From a virus: DNA of 64,000 bases. Numbering within the stretch: position 1 is the stretch's first letter; every line of letters begins with the position of its first letter. Both the position numbers and the translations under genes were made by a program. Below the pieces are notes generated by a model that searched no databases, was not told the origin of the DNA, and saw only the letters and a program-made list of their open reading frames with translations. Of this stretch, positions 36,361 through 47,108 are shown piece by piece. Location of the stretch: the IMG/VR virus record IMGVR_UViG_3300035162_004754, positions 1-64,000 of that record. The stretch is one strand, 5' to 3'.

Positions 36361-39300
36361 ATGGCATCACCAACACGGTTTCTTAGTGGTAGACAGCAAG
36401 AACAAAAAATTGGTATAGAAGGAAGTACTGATAACAAAAAAGTATTGGAGGTTGTCGGCCGAGTTGGTATTGGAACAACTATCTTTGAGACGAGAACAGA
36501 ACTAGACGTTCGTGGTAATGCAGTTGTTAGTGGTATATTAACAGTAGGTGATATAGTAGTTTCATCTGGTGTTGGTGGTGTCTTTGCGATAGAGAAATTA
36601 AGGGTAACAGGTATATCAACTTTTGTTGATATAGGTACATTTGAAAATAATCTTTTTGTTGGTGGTGATCTAGACGTAGATGGTCATACTGAACTCGACG
36701 ATGTAAATGTATCTGGTGCCTCAACCTTCACTGGTGCCATTGATGCCAATGGGTCTTTAGATGTTAATGGATTAACTGAACTCGACGATGTAAATGTATC
36801 TGGTGCCTCAACCTTCACTGGTGCAATTGATGCCAATGGTGATCTAGATGTTGATGGTCATACTGAACTTGATAACTTAAATGTATCAGGTGTTTCTACC
36901 TTCACTGGTGCCATTGATGCCAATGGGTCTTTAGATGTTGATGGATTAACTGAACTCGATGATGTAAATGTATCTGGTGCCTCAACCTTCACTGGTATTG
37001 GAACATTTTTAAGTGATCTTTTTGTTGCTGGTGACTTAAATGTTGTTGGAGATTTAGTATTTGACTCATTCACCGCAAGAAAAATTACTGTAAATGAGAA
37101 TTCCTTTCTTGGATTTGCGAGCGCTACTACATTAAATGTATCAGGTGTTTCTACCTTCACTGGTGCCATTGATGCCAATGGGTCTTTAGATGTAGATGGT
37201 CATACCGAATTAGATGATCTTAATGTTTCCGGAGTATCCACCTTTGCTTCTGCGATTGTCGGTTCTGCCGTAACAATAAGTTCTTCTGGTATTAACGTTG
37301 CTGCTGGTATTATTACGGGAACTCTTGATAATAATTTAACACTTAATACTTCCGGAACTGGATTAAGTGGAATTGCAACTTATAATAATTCTGGTGTAGT
37401 TACATTTACAGTTGCATCAAATGCTACGGATGCTAATACTGCAAGCACAATAGTTTCTCGTAATGGATCGGGTAACTTTAGTGCAGGAACAATCAGTGCT
37501 GATTTAACTGGTGTTGCTTCTACTGCAACTAAATTAGCAACCGCAAGAACATTTGAATTAACCGGAGATGTTGTTGCTTCTCAGATTAGTTTTGATGGTA
37601 CTGGTAATGTATCTTTAGCGGCAACAATCCAACCTAACCCAACAATTAGTGGAAATGTAACTATTGGTAATGACTTACAAGTTAATAATAATTTAAATGT
37701 ATCAGGAAATATTACGGTTGGTGGAACTTCTGCCACATTATTTACTGAAACATTAAGAGTAAAAGATGCTGATATTGTTCTTGGATTCACTACTAATTCT
37801 GCTGGTAATGAGGTTTCTACCGACACTACGGCAAATAATGGTGGTATTGCGATTGCATCAACAGAAGGATCTCCAATCGTTAGTTTTAATGTTGATAATA
37901 TTCCTTCCACATATAAAAATATTATGTGGTTTAAGACCAATGCTTTTACTGGTCTGAATACCGATGCTTGGTTGACAAACTATGCATTTGGTGTTGGAAC
38001 AACATCAATGTCGGCAGGCACTAAGTTTGCCGTTGGTAATATTGAGGCAGACTTTGATGATATTACATCTGTCAGACATATTAAATCATCTGGTATTGTT
38101 ACCGCATCAAGTTTTAGTGGTGATGGATCTGGATTGTTTGGAATTTCTGCTGGAACTGTTTTTGCAGAAAATTCTGCCAATCAATCTCAGACTATTCCTT
38201 TTTATGTCTCCACTGCAACTACTGATGTTGCCGGTGTTTCGACACAAAGTTTTGTATTCAATCCATCAACTAAAAGTCTTGGCATAGGAACAGATGCTCC
38301 GACATCAAATCTTCATGTTGAAGGTACATTGAATATATCAGGTGTCTCAACCTTTAGTAATAATATAGATGCTAATGGTGATCTAGACGTAGATGGTCAT
38401 ACTGAACTCGACGATGTAAATGTATCTGGTGCCTCAACCTTCACTGGTGCCATTGATGCCAATGGGTCTTTAGATGTTAATGGATTAACTGAACTCGATG
38501 ATGTAAATGTATCTGGTGCTTCTACTTTTGCTGGTGCTGCCGACTTTAATGGTGATTTAGATGTTGATGGTCATACTGAACTAGACAACTTAAATGTATC
38601 GGGTGTTTCTACCTTTGCTTCTGCAGTTAATATCAATTCCGATTTAGATGTAGACGGACATACCGAACTTGATAACGTAAATGTATCAGGTGTTTCTACT
38701 TTTAGTGATGATGTAAGATTTGTTGGTGCTGCTAATACTGATGTTGTATGGGATAAGTCTGCAAATTCATTAAACTTTGAAGATTATGCAAAAGCAACAT
38801 TTGGTGATGGTGGAGATTTAACTATTACTCATAGTAGTAATCAAAGTTCTATTTCTGAATCTGGTGGTAATGGACTCGAAGTTAAGAGTGTTAAGGTTAC
38901 TATTACTCCTAATGGTAGCACAGAAAAAATGGCAGAGTTCAATGCCAATTCTTCGGTAGAGCTCTACTTTGATGACTCTAAGAAATTAGAAACTACCGGG
39001 TATGGTATAACTGTTACTGGCGATGTTAATACTTCTAATAATATTAGTATTGCTGGTGTTTCTACTTTTGCTGGTGCCATTGATGCCAATGGGTCTTTAG
39101 ATGTTGATGGTCATACTGAACTAGACAACTTAAATGTATCGGGTGTTTCGACCTTTGCTGGTGCAATTGATGCCAATGGGTCTTTAGATGTAGATGGACA
39201 TACTGAACTTGATAACGTAAATGTATCAGGTGTTTCTACCTTCACTGGTGCAATTGATGCCAATGGGTCTTTAGATGTTGATGGTCATACTGAACTTGAT

Positions 39301-42300
39301 AACGTAAATGTATCAGGAGTTTCGACTTTTGCTGGTAGTATAGATGCTAATGGGTCTTTAGACGTAGATGGTCATACTGAATTGGATGACCTCAATGTAT
39401 CAGGTGTTTCGACCTTTGCTTCTGCGATTGTTGGTTCTGCCGTAACAATAAGTTCTTCTGGTATCAATGCTGCTACTGGTATTATAACTGCATCTTCTTT
39501 AGATGCTGCAATTTCCGAATGGGTATTAGGTGCCGATGGAACAGATAATTATACGTTTAGTGGACCTGGATTTACCGGTGCCGAAAATGATCCTACAATT
39601 TATGTGGTAAGAGGTCAAAAATATAACTTTGAAAATAAAATGGGTGCCCATCCATTTAGAATTCAAAGCGATCCAAATGGATCTACAGGAACGCAATATA
39701 ATGATGGAATAACTAATAATGATGTATCAAATGGAACTCTAGTATGGGATGTTCAGTTTGATGCTCCAGAAATTCTTTATTATCAATGTACATCTCATGC
39801 TAACATGGGGGGTAGAATTTACACAAGAAGTGATGCTGAAGATTCGATAAGTTTCGAAACTATTATTGTAGGTGGTGGTACTACAATTACTGGATCTGGT
39901 ATCAATGCTCCTACTGGTATTATAACTGCTTCTACTTTCAGTGGTTCTGGTGCATCATTAACTTCAATTCCTAATGGAGCACTAACAAACTCTAGTATTG
40001 CTATTGGTGGAGTAACTGTATCTCTTGGTGGTACTGATGCAACACCGGCATTTGACTTAAGTGATGCTACTGATTATCCTTATACATCATTGACGGGTAT
40101 TACTACCGAAATCTTAGGTGATACTACTCCACAGTTGGGTGGGAACTTAGATCTTAATAGTAAGTTTATAACCGGAACAGGTGGTATTAATGTTTCTGGT
40201 GTTGTAACTGCTACTACTTTCTCTGGTTCTGGAGCATCACTTACTAATATTCCTAATGGAGCACTAACAAACTCTAGTATTGCTATTGGTGGAGTAACTG
40301 TATCTCTTGGTGGTACTGATGCAACACCAGCATTTGACTTAAGTGATGCTACTGCTTATCCTTATACATCATTGACGGGTATCACTACCGAAATCTTAGG
40401 TGATACTACTCCACAGTTGGGTGGGAACTTAGATCTTAATAGTAAGTTTATAACCGGAACTGGTGGAGTCAATGTTACTGGTGTTGTAACTGCTACTTCT
40501 TTTGTTGGTAATGTAACTGGTGTTGCTTCTACTGCAACTAAATTAGCAACCGCAAGAACATTTGAATTAACCGGAGATGTTGTTGCTTCTCAGATTAGTT
40601 TTGATGGTACTGGTAATGTATCTTTAGCGGCAACAATCCAACCTAATAGTGTTGCTCTTGGTGGTGACACTACTGGTGATTATGTTGAGTCCATTAGTGG
40701 AACCGGAAATCAAATAACAGTAAGTAGTGGGACAGGAGAAGGTTCAACACCTGTAATTTCGATTCCAAATAACCCAACACTTCCGGGAACAACTGTTACT
40801 GTTACAACTGACTTACAAGTCAACCGCAATTTAAATGTTACTGGGAACGTAACAATTGGTGGTACTTCTGCTACATTATTTACTGAAACTTTAAAGATTA
40901 GTGACCCGGATATTATTGTTGGATTTAGAACTGATGCTGGTGGTAATGATATTTCAAATGACACTACTGCAAGTCATGGTGGTATTGCCGTTGCATCAAC
41001 AGAAGGAAGTCCCATAGTAAGTTTTGTTGGTGGTGGTGGAACAGTTCCTGTCACATATAAAAAGATCTTTTGGTTTGAGTCTGGTGCTTTTACTGGACTT
41101 GCTACTGATGCTTGGTTGACAAATTATGCATTTGGTGTTGGAACAACATCAATGTCGGCAGGCACTAAGTTTGCCGTTGGTAATATTGAGACAGACTTTG
41201 ATGATATTAAGTCTGTTAGGCACATCAATTCATCGGGTGTTGTAACTGCCACTACTTTCTCTGGTTCTGGTGCATCATTAACTTCAATTCCTAATGGAGC
41301 ACTAACAAACAATAGTGTTAATTATGGTGGAGTAACTGTATCTCTTGGTGGTACTGATGCAACACCAGCATTTGACTTGAGTGATGCTACTGCGTATCCC
41401 TATACTAGTCTTACTGGTATTACTACAGAAATTGTAGGTGATACTACTCCACAGTTAGGTGGAAACTTAGATCTTAATAGTAAGTTTATAACCGGAACTG
41501 GTGGAGTCAATGTTACTGGTGTTGTAACTGCCACTTCTTTCAGTGGTTCTGGTGCTAGTTTAACTGGAATTACTGCTGCTTCCATAGGTGCTTTGTCTGG
41601 TCTTACTATAAGAGAAGAAGGATCTGTAGCTGGATCTGCAAGTAGTGTTGGTGATATTAATTTTGTAAGTAGTAATTTAACAGCAACAGCATCTGGTATT
41701 GGTGCTACCGTTACATTATCAGATACCCCAACATTTACTAGCACTGTTATTGGAACTGGGGTTACTATTAATTCTTCCGGTATTAATGCCACTGGAGTTA
41801 TAACTGCCACATCATTTAGTGGTTCTGGTGCAAACCTTACCAACATTCCTGCTCCAGATGTAGTTACTGGTGATAAGTATAATACTGGAATTACAACATC
41901 AATTTATGTTTCAATTACTGGTGGTATTGGAACGGCAGTGTCCGGACTTACTACAGTTGCAGCAAACAATGATATCTTTATTGGTCCTGGAATTGGATAT
42001 TCATTCCCATCAACTGCGGGTAAGAGTTATATAATTGAATCTATTCATGTAACAAACATTTATAATACGCACCTTTATCTCACTTCAAGACATGATTTTA
42101 ATGGTGGTGAAAATGTTCCAACTGCACAAAGAGTCATAGTTCCCTATCAAGGTGCTTTGGAAGTCCTAGAAGAACCAATCATTGCGAAACCATCAGATAT
42201 TTTAAGATTTCAGGCATTTGCTGGTATAGGAGAAACTAGTGGAGTAGGACCAGAAGCAGTTGGAGTTAATAATGGATTGGATTCATTCATAACTTATTCT

Positions 42301-42666
42301 GAAAAAACTGATACTAATTTTATTGGAACTGGAAAAACGGTTGTTACACCAGCTGGAACAGAACTGTTCACTTCAAATACAAACCCATCTGTCATTCAAT
42401 CAATTCGATTATGTAATTATGATTTGGACTTTGATGTTGATGCATCAGTATCCATTTATCGAGGAGGAAGTGTTGGAGGTATTCTAACCACAGGTGTCAG
42501 ACAAGGATACTTGGTATATAATTTAACAGTGCCCAAGAATAGTGTAATTGAGATTTTAGAGAGACCAAAGTATCTTGCTGCAAATGACACTGTTGTTGTA
42601 GGGATTGCCGGAACCACTCTTACAAATAGTCTTTCTTCTACTTTATCCGGTAAATATATAACATAG
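36361..42666 (+). CDS. Long tail fibre-like protein with internal repeats (2101 aa)
   Basis: VGIGT motifs, many ~29-aa SG(V/A)STFTGAIDANGSLDVDGHTELD repeats, three ~94-aa repeats. Confidence 0.85.
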   Translation: MASPTRFLSGRQQEQKIGIEGSTDNKKVLEVVGRVGIGTTIFETRTELDVRGNAVVSGILTVGDIVVSSGVGGVFAIEKLRVTGISTFVDIGTFENNLFVGGDLDVDGHTELDDVNVSGASTFTGAIDANGSLDVNGLTELDDVNVSGASTFTGAIDANGDLDVDGHTELDNLNVSGVSTFTGAIDANGSLDVDGLTELDDVNVSGASTFTGIGTFLSDLFVAGDLNVVGDLVFDSFTARKITVNENSFLGFASATTLNVSGVSTFTGAIDANGSLDVDGHTELDDLNVSGVSTFASAIVGSAVTISSSGINVAAGIITGTLDNNLTLNTSGTGLSGIATYNNSGVVTFTVASNATDANTASTIVSRNGSGNFSAGTISADLTGVASTATKLATARTFELTGDVVASQISFDGTGNVSLAATIQPNPTISGNVTIGNDLQVNNNLNVSGNITVGGTSATLFTETLRVKDADIVLGFTTNSAGNEVSTDTTANNGGIAIASTEGSPIVSFNVDNIPSTYKNIMWFKTNAFTGLNTDAWLTNYAFGVGTTSMSAGTKFAVGNIEADFDDITSVRHIKSSGIVTASSFSGDGSGLFGISAGTVFAENSANQSQTIPFYVSTATTDVAGVSTQSFVFNPSTKSLGIGTDAPTSNLHVEGTLNISGVSTFSNNIDANGDLDVDGHTELDDVNVSGASTFTGAIDANGSLDVNGLTELDDVNVSGASTFAGAADFNGDLDVDGHTELDNLNVSGVSTFASAVNINSDLDVDGHTELDNVNVSGVSTFSDDVRFVGAANTDVVWDKSANSLNFEDYAKATFGDGGDLTITHSSNQSSISESGGNGLEVKSVKVTITPNGSTEKMAEFNANSSVELYFDDSKKLETTGYGITVTGDVNTSNNISIAGVSTFAGAIDANGSLDVDGHTELDNLNVSGVSTFAGAIDANGSLDVDGHTELDNVNVSGVSTFTGAIDANGSLDVDGHTELDNVNVSGVSTFAGSIDANGSLDVDGHTELDDLNVSGVSTFASAIVGSAVTISSSGINAATGIITASSLDAAISEWVLGADGTDNYTFSGPGFTGAENDPTIYVVRGQKYNFENKMGAHPFRIQSDPNGSTGTQYNDGITNNDVSNGTLVWDVQFDAPEILYYQCTSHANMGGRIYTRSDAEDSISFETIIVGGGTTITGSGINAPTGIITASTFSGSGASLTSIPNGALTNSSIAIGGVTVSLGGTDATPAFDLSDATDYPYTSLTGITTEILGDTTPQLGGNLDLNSKFITGTGGINVSGVVTATTFSGSGASLTNIPNGALTNSSIAIGGVTVSLGGTDATPAFDLSDATAYPYTSLTGITTEILGDTTPQLGGNLDLNSKFITGTGGVNVTGVVTATSFVGNVTGVASTATKLATARTFELTGDVVASQISFDGTGNVSLAATIQPNSVALGGDTTGDYVESISGTGNQITVSSGTGEGSTPVISIPNNPTLPGTTVTVTTDLQVNRNLNVTGNVTIGGTSATLFTETLKISDPDIIVGFRTDAGGNDISNDTTASHGGIAVASTEGSPIVSFVGGGGTVPVTYKKIFWFESGAFTGLATDAWLTNYAFGVGTTSMSAGTKFAVGNIETDFDDIKSVRHINSSGVVTATTFSGSGASLTSIPNGALTNNSVNYGGVTVSLGGTDATPAFDLSDATAYPYTSLTGITTEIVGDTTPQLGGNLDLNSKFITGTGGVNVTGVVTATSFSGSGASLTGITAASIGALSGLTIREEGSVAGSASSVGDINFVSSNLTATASGIGATVTLSDTPTFTSTVIGTGVTINSSGINATGVITATSFSGSGANLTNIPAPDVVTGDKYNTGITTSIYVSITGGIGTAVSGLTTVAANNDIFIGPGIGYSFPSTAGKSYIIESIHVTNIYNTHLYLTSRHDFNGGENVPTAQRVIVPYQGALEVLEEPIIAKPSDILRFQAFAGIGETSGVGPEAVGVNNGLDSFITYSEKTDTNFIGTGKTVVTPAGTELFTSNTNPSVIQSIRLCNYDLDFDVDASVSIYRGGSVGGILTTGVRQGYLVYNLTVPKNSVIEILERPKYLAANDTVVVGIAGTTLTNSLSSTLSGKYIT
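36655..39430 (+). repeat. Clusters of ~87-bp coding tandem repeats in the fibre gene
   Basis: Recurrent GATGCCAATGGGTCTTTAGATGTTGATGGTCATACTGAA units at ~36.66-37.25, 38.37-38.70 and 39.05-39.42 kb. Confidence 0.85.
39930..41560 (+). repeat. Three ~282-bp near-identical coding repeats in the fibre gene
   Basis: FSGSGASLT.IPNGALTN...GDTTPQLGGNLDLNSKFITGTGG blocks starting near 39937, 40219 and 41257. Confidence 0.85.
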
Positions 42667-42682
42667 TATTATTGAATTTTTT

Positions 42683-43264
42683 ATGTGTCAATTGAAAGAA
42701 GGTATTATTTTTCCGACTAATTTTTATACTGCTGATATTTTCAATGAGTATCAAAATCAAAAGTATAAAAATTTTTTAACTGAACTTTCTAATAGAACAG
42801 AGGGTGAAAGAAGAAGTAATCGTAATGGTTGGCAGAGTGATACTTTTTTGTGGAAACAAGATATTTTTAAACCACTTTTGGATGAAGCACTTAGTGCCAC
42901 ACAAATGATTGCCAAGAGATTGTCTAATAAAGAACTTCCACAAATGGTTGTGAGGGCAATGTGGGGAAATATCAATCCAAAAGGTGGATTTAATTTCACT
43001 CATGTTCATCCTTCTGGGTGGTTGAGTGGAGTTTATTATATACAATTACCTGAAGCAAATAATGAAATAGTTTTTCAGGATCCAAGACCTGCAAGAATGA
43101 TGGACTTTCAAAGAAGTTCTTTGATTACGGATGAATATTTTTCACATCATCCTAAGGTGGGAGAACTACTTTTATTTCCTTCTTGGTTGCCTCACTTTGT
43201 TTCACCAAATACATCGGATCAAAATAGAATTTCAATTTCATTTAATGTTGAGTTAATAGTATAG
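42683..43264 (+). CDS. 2OG-Fe(II) oxygenase (TIGR02466-like)
   Basis: SNRNGWQS, HVHP..WLSGVYY, FPSWLPHFV, RISISFN. Confidence 0.88.
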   Translation: MCQLKEGIIFPTNFYTADIFNEYQNQKYKNFLTELSNRTEGERRSNRNGWQSDTFLWKQDIFKPLLDEALSATQMIAKRLSNKELPQMVVRAMWGNINPKGGFNFTHVHPSGWLSGVYYIQLPEANNEIVFQDPRPARMMDFQRSSLITDEYFSHHPKVGELLLFPSWLPHFVSPNTSDQNRISISFNVELIV

Positions 43265-43329
43265 TATTATTACTTTGTTAAATAGTATTGGAACATTTGT
43301 TTTTTATGTTCATTACCAAGGGTAAATAG

Positions 43330-45159
43330 ATGGCACAAGGAATTTTTGGTCTTGATAGAGTATATAAAAAACAAGTTCAAAATGTAAAAAACGACAACTT
43401 TGATAGTTGGCCAGAGAGTGCCACTTATGGTTACTTTGGTGGTGGTTATAATAATCCATATCTTTCGACAGTAGACCGTATTGATTTCTCGAATGAAACT
43501 ACATCGGCACCAGGAAATAATCTAACTCAAGCAAGATATGGTTTAGCAGCAGTCTCAAGTAGTTCTTATGGTTACTTTGGTGGTGGATATTTCTCACCAC
43601 CAAATACTTATGTTACCACAGTAGACCGTCTTGATTTCTCCAATGAAACTTTCTCGGCACCAGGTAATAATTTAACTCAAGCAAGAGAAGGTTTAGCAGC
43701 AGTCTCAAGTAGTTCTTATGGATATTTTGCTGGTGGATTTACTTTCCCTCCTGCAAGTTGGAAAGATACAGTAGACCGTATTGATTTCTCCAATGAAACT
43801 ACATCGGCACCAGGTAATGATATACCTTCAGGAAGACAGGGTTTAGGAGCAACCCAAAGTAGTTCTTATGGTTACTTTGGTGGTGGTGGTAGTTCTGTTG
43901 TATCATTAGTAGACCGTATTGATTTCTCGAATGAGACTACATCGGCACCAGGTAATAATTTATCTCAAGCAAGATATAACTTAGCAGCAACCTCAAGTAG
44001 TTCTTATGGTTACTTTGGTGGTGGTGAAACTATACCACCTTATGTTACCACAGTAGACCGTATTGATTTCTCGAATGAAACTACATCGGCACCAGGTAAT
44101 AATCTACCTCAAGCAAGAGGAAGATTAGCAGCAGTCTCAAGTAGTTCTTATGGTTACTTTGGTGGTGGTACTACTCCACCTTTTGCTGCCACAGTAGACC
44201 GTATTGATTTCTCGAATGAAACCACATCGGCACCAGGTAATAATCTAACTCAAGCAAGAGAACAACTAGCAGCAGTATCCGGAGGAGCATCATACCGAAT
44301 AAAAGGTTCGAGAACTTATGGTTACTTTGGCGGTGGTGAGGCTCCACCTTATGTTGCCACAGTAGACCGTCTTGATTTCTCGAATGAGACTACATCGGCA
44401 CCAGGAAATAATCTAACTCAAGCAAGAAATGGTTTAGCAGCAGTCTCAACTAGTTCTTATGGTTACTTTGGTGGTGGTTTTGCTCCTACAGGTTATGTTA
44501 CCACAATAGATCGTATTGATTTCTCGAATGAAACTTTCTCGGCACCAGGAAATAATCTAACTCAAGCAAGATATGGTTTAGCAGCAGTCTCAAGTAATTC
44601 TTATGGTTACTTTGGTGGTGGTGAGACTCCACCTTATGTTGACACAGTAGACCGTCTTGATTACTCTAATGAAACTACATCGGCACCAGGTAAAAATCTA
44701 TCTGCAGTAAGAAGATCTTTAGCAGCAGTCTCAAGTAATTCTTATGGTTACTTTGGTGGTGGTTTTACTCCACCTTATGTTGCCACAGTAGACCGTATTG
44801 ATTTCTCTAATGAAACCACATCGGCACCAGGTAATAATCTAACTCAAGCAAGATCTGGTTTAGCAGCAGTCTCAAGTAGTTCTTATGGATACTTTGGTGG
44901 TGGACTTGCTCCACCTCTTGTTACCACAGTAGACCGTCTTGATTTCTCTAATGAAACCACATCGGCACCAGGTAATAATTTATCTCAAGCAAGATATAAC
45001 TTAGCAGCAGTCTCAAATAATTCTTATGGTTACTTTGGTGGTGGTTCATCCCCAACACGGTCTACAGTAGACCGTATTGATTTCTCGAATGAGACTACAT
45101 CGGCACCAGGTAATAATTTACCTCAAGCAAGAGAAAGTTTAGCAGCAGTCTCCAACTAA
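43330..45159 (+). CDS. Kelch-like double beta-propeller repeat protein 1 (12 blades)
   Basis: 12 copies of YGYFGGG-x(n)-TVDRIDFSNETTSAPGNNL.QAR..LAAVS. Confidence 0.85.
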   Translation: MAQGIFGLDRVYKKQVQNVKNDNFDSWPESATYGYFGGGYNNPYLSTVDRIDFSNETTSAPGNNLTQARYGLAAVSSSSYGYFGGGYFSPPNTYVTTVDRLDFSNETFSAPGNNLTQAREGLAAVSSSSYGYFAGGFTFPPASWKDTVDRIDFSNETTSAPGNDIPSGRQGLGATQSSSYGYFGGGGSSVVSLVDRIDFSNETTSAPGNNLSQARYNLAATSSSSYGYFGGGETIPPYVTTVDRIDFSNETTSAPGNNLPQARGRLAAVSSSSYGYFGGGTTPPFAATVDRIDFSNETTSAPGNNLTQAREQLAAVSGGASYRIKGSRTYGYFGGGEAPPYVATVDRLDFSNETTSAPGNNLTQARNGLAAVSTSSYGYFGGGFAPTGYVTTIDRIDFSNETFSAPGNNLTQARYGLAAVSSNSYGYFGGGETPPYVDTVDRLDYSNETTSAPGKNLSAVRRSLAAVSSNSYGYFGGGFTPPYVATVDRIDFSNETTSAPGNNLTQARSGLAAVSSSSYGYFGGGLAPPLVTTVDRLDFSNETTSAPGNNLSQARYNLAAVSNNSYGYFGGGSSPTRSTVDRIDFSNETTSAPGNNLPQARESLAAVSN

Positions 45160-45207
45160 ATAAGAATACTTATATTATTAAACAAAACTATAATCTTATA
45201 ATTGTAA

Positions 45208-47067
45208 ATGGCAATATTTTCTCTCAACGAAGTCAGAACAGAACAGATAAAAAATGTTGCAAACGACAACTTTGAGAGTTGGCCGGAGAGTGCTACTTAT
45301 GGTTACTTTGGTGGTGGACTTGCTCCACCTGCCGATTATGTTACCACAGTAGACCGTATTGATTTCTCTAATGAAACCACATCGGCACCAGGAAATAATC
45401 TAACTCAAGCAAGAGGTTATTTAGCAGCAGTCTCAAGTAATTCTTATGGTTACTTTGGTGGTGGATATTTCTCACCACCAAATACTTATGTTACCACAGT
45501 AGACCGTCTTGATTTCTCGAATGAGACTACATCGGCACCAGGAAATAATCTAACTCAAGCAAGATATGGTTTAGCAGCAGTATCAAGTAGTTCTTATGGT
45601 TATTTTGGTGGTGGTTTTGCTCCACCTTATGTTACCACAATAGACCGTCTTGATTTCTCTAGTGAGACTACATCGGCACCAGGTAATAATCTACCTCAAG
45701 CAAGAAGTGGTTTGGCAGCAGTCTCAACTAGTTCTTATGGTTACTTTGGTGGTGGTACTGCACCACCTTATGTTACCGCAATAGATCGTATTGATTTCTC
45801 GAATGAAACTTTCTCGGCACCAGGTAATAATCTAACCCAAGCAAGAGGTTATTTAGCAACAGTTTCAACTAGTTCTTATGGTTACTTTGGTGGTGGTTCT
45901 TCTCCACCTAATGTTACCACAGTAGACCGTATTGATTTCTCTAATGAAACTACATCGGCACCAGGTAATAATTTATCTCAAGCAAGAAATGGTTTAGCAG
46001 CAGTCTCAACTAGTTCTTATGGTTACTTTGGTGGTGGTTTTACTCCACCTTATGTTACCACAATAGACCGTCTTGATTTCTCTAGTGAGACTACATCAGC
46101 ACCAGGTAATAATTTACCGGCAGGAAGACGTGCTTTAGCAGCAGTATCCGGAGGAGCATCATACCGAATAAAAGGTTCGAGAACTTATGGTTACTTTGGT
46201 GGTGGTGATACTGCGCCTGGAGCACCTGGTAGTGTAGCAACAGTAGACCGTATTGATTTTTCGAATGAGACTACATCGGCACCAGGAAATGATCTAACTC
46301 AAGCAAGACGTTCGAACGCAGCAGTCTCAAGTAATTCTTATGGTTACTTTGGTGGTGGTTTTGCTCCACCTGGTAGTGTAGCAACAGTAGACCGTATTGA
46401 TTTTTCTAATGAAACTGTATCGGCACCAGGTAAGGATCTACCTGTAGCAAACCAGGCTTTAGCAGCAGTCTCAAGTAGTTCTTATGGTTACTTTGGTGGT
46501 GGTTTTATTCCCAGCTCGACTGCTGTAGTAAACCGTTTTGATTTTTTTAGTGAAACTTTCTCGGCACCAGGAAATGATCTAACTCAAGCAAGAGCTAGTT
46601 TAGCAGCAGTCTCAAATAGTTCTTATGGTTACTTTGGTGGTGGTTCACCAAAACTTACTACAGTAGATCGTATTGATTTCTCGAATGAAACTGTATCGGC
46701 ACCGGGTAATAATCTACCTTTAGGAAGAAATGGTTTAGGAGCAGTCTCAGGTAACTCTTATGGTTACTTTGCTGGTGGAGAAAATTATGTCAGTCCATCT
46801 ACTAGCTATCGTGACGATGTATTTCGTATGGATTTCTCGAATGAAACTTTTGCAGGAATCGTTCTTGCAAATAATTTATCCGCAAAGAAAGCTAGTTTAG
46901 CAGGAACCTCAAACAATTCTTATGGTTACTTTGGTGGTGGTTCGGGTCTTCCTGTACCTAATTATCTTGCCACAGTAGATCGTATTGATTTCACTACTCA
47001 TATTTGTTCAGCAACAGGAAATAATTTACCTCAGGCCAGATTTGGTTTAGCAGCAGTATCCAACTAA
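45208..47067 (+). CDS. Kelch-like double beta-propeller repeat protein 2 (12 blades)
   Basis: Same repeat and linker as paralog 1. Confidence 0.85.
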   Translation: MAIFSLNEVRTEQIKNVANDNFESWPESATYGYFGGGLAPPADYVTTVDRIDFSNETTSAPGNNLTQARGYLAAVSSNSYGYFGGGYFSPPNTYVTTVDRLDFSNETTSAPGNNLTQARYGLAAVSSSSYGYFGGGFAPPYVTTIDRLDFSSETTSAPGNNLPQARSGLAAVSTSSYGYFGGGTAPPYVTAIDRIDFSNETFSAPGNNLTQARGYLATVSTSSYGYFGGGSSPPNVTTVDRIDFSNETTSAPGNNLSQARNGLAAVSTSSYGYFGGGFTPPYVTTIDRLDFSSETTSAPGNNLPAGRRALAAVSGGASYRIKGSRTYGYFGGGDTAPGAPGSVATVDRIDFSNETTSAPGNDLTQARRSNAAVSSNSYGYFGGGFAPPGSVATVDRIDFSNETVSAPGKDLPVANQALAAVSSSSYGYFGGGFIPSSTAVVNRFDFFSETFSAPGNDLTQARASLAAVSNSSYGYFGGGSPKLTTVDRIDFSNETVSAPGNNLPLGRNGLGAVSGNSYGYFAGGENYVSPSTSYRDDVFRMDFSNETFAGIVLANNLSAKKASLAGTSNNSYGYFGGGSGLPVPNYLATVDRIDFTTHICSATGNNLPQARFGLAAVSN

Positions 47068-47108
47068 ATATGGGTATAAATATATAAAATTGGTATTTTA
47101 TAATTTTT

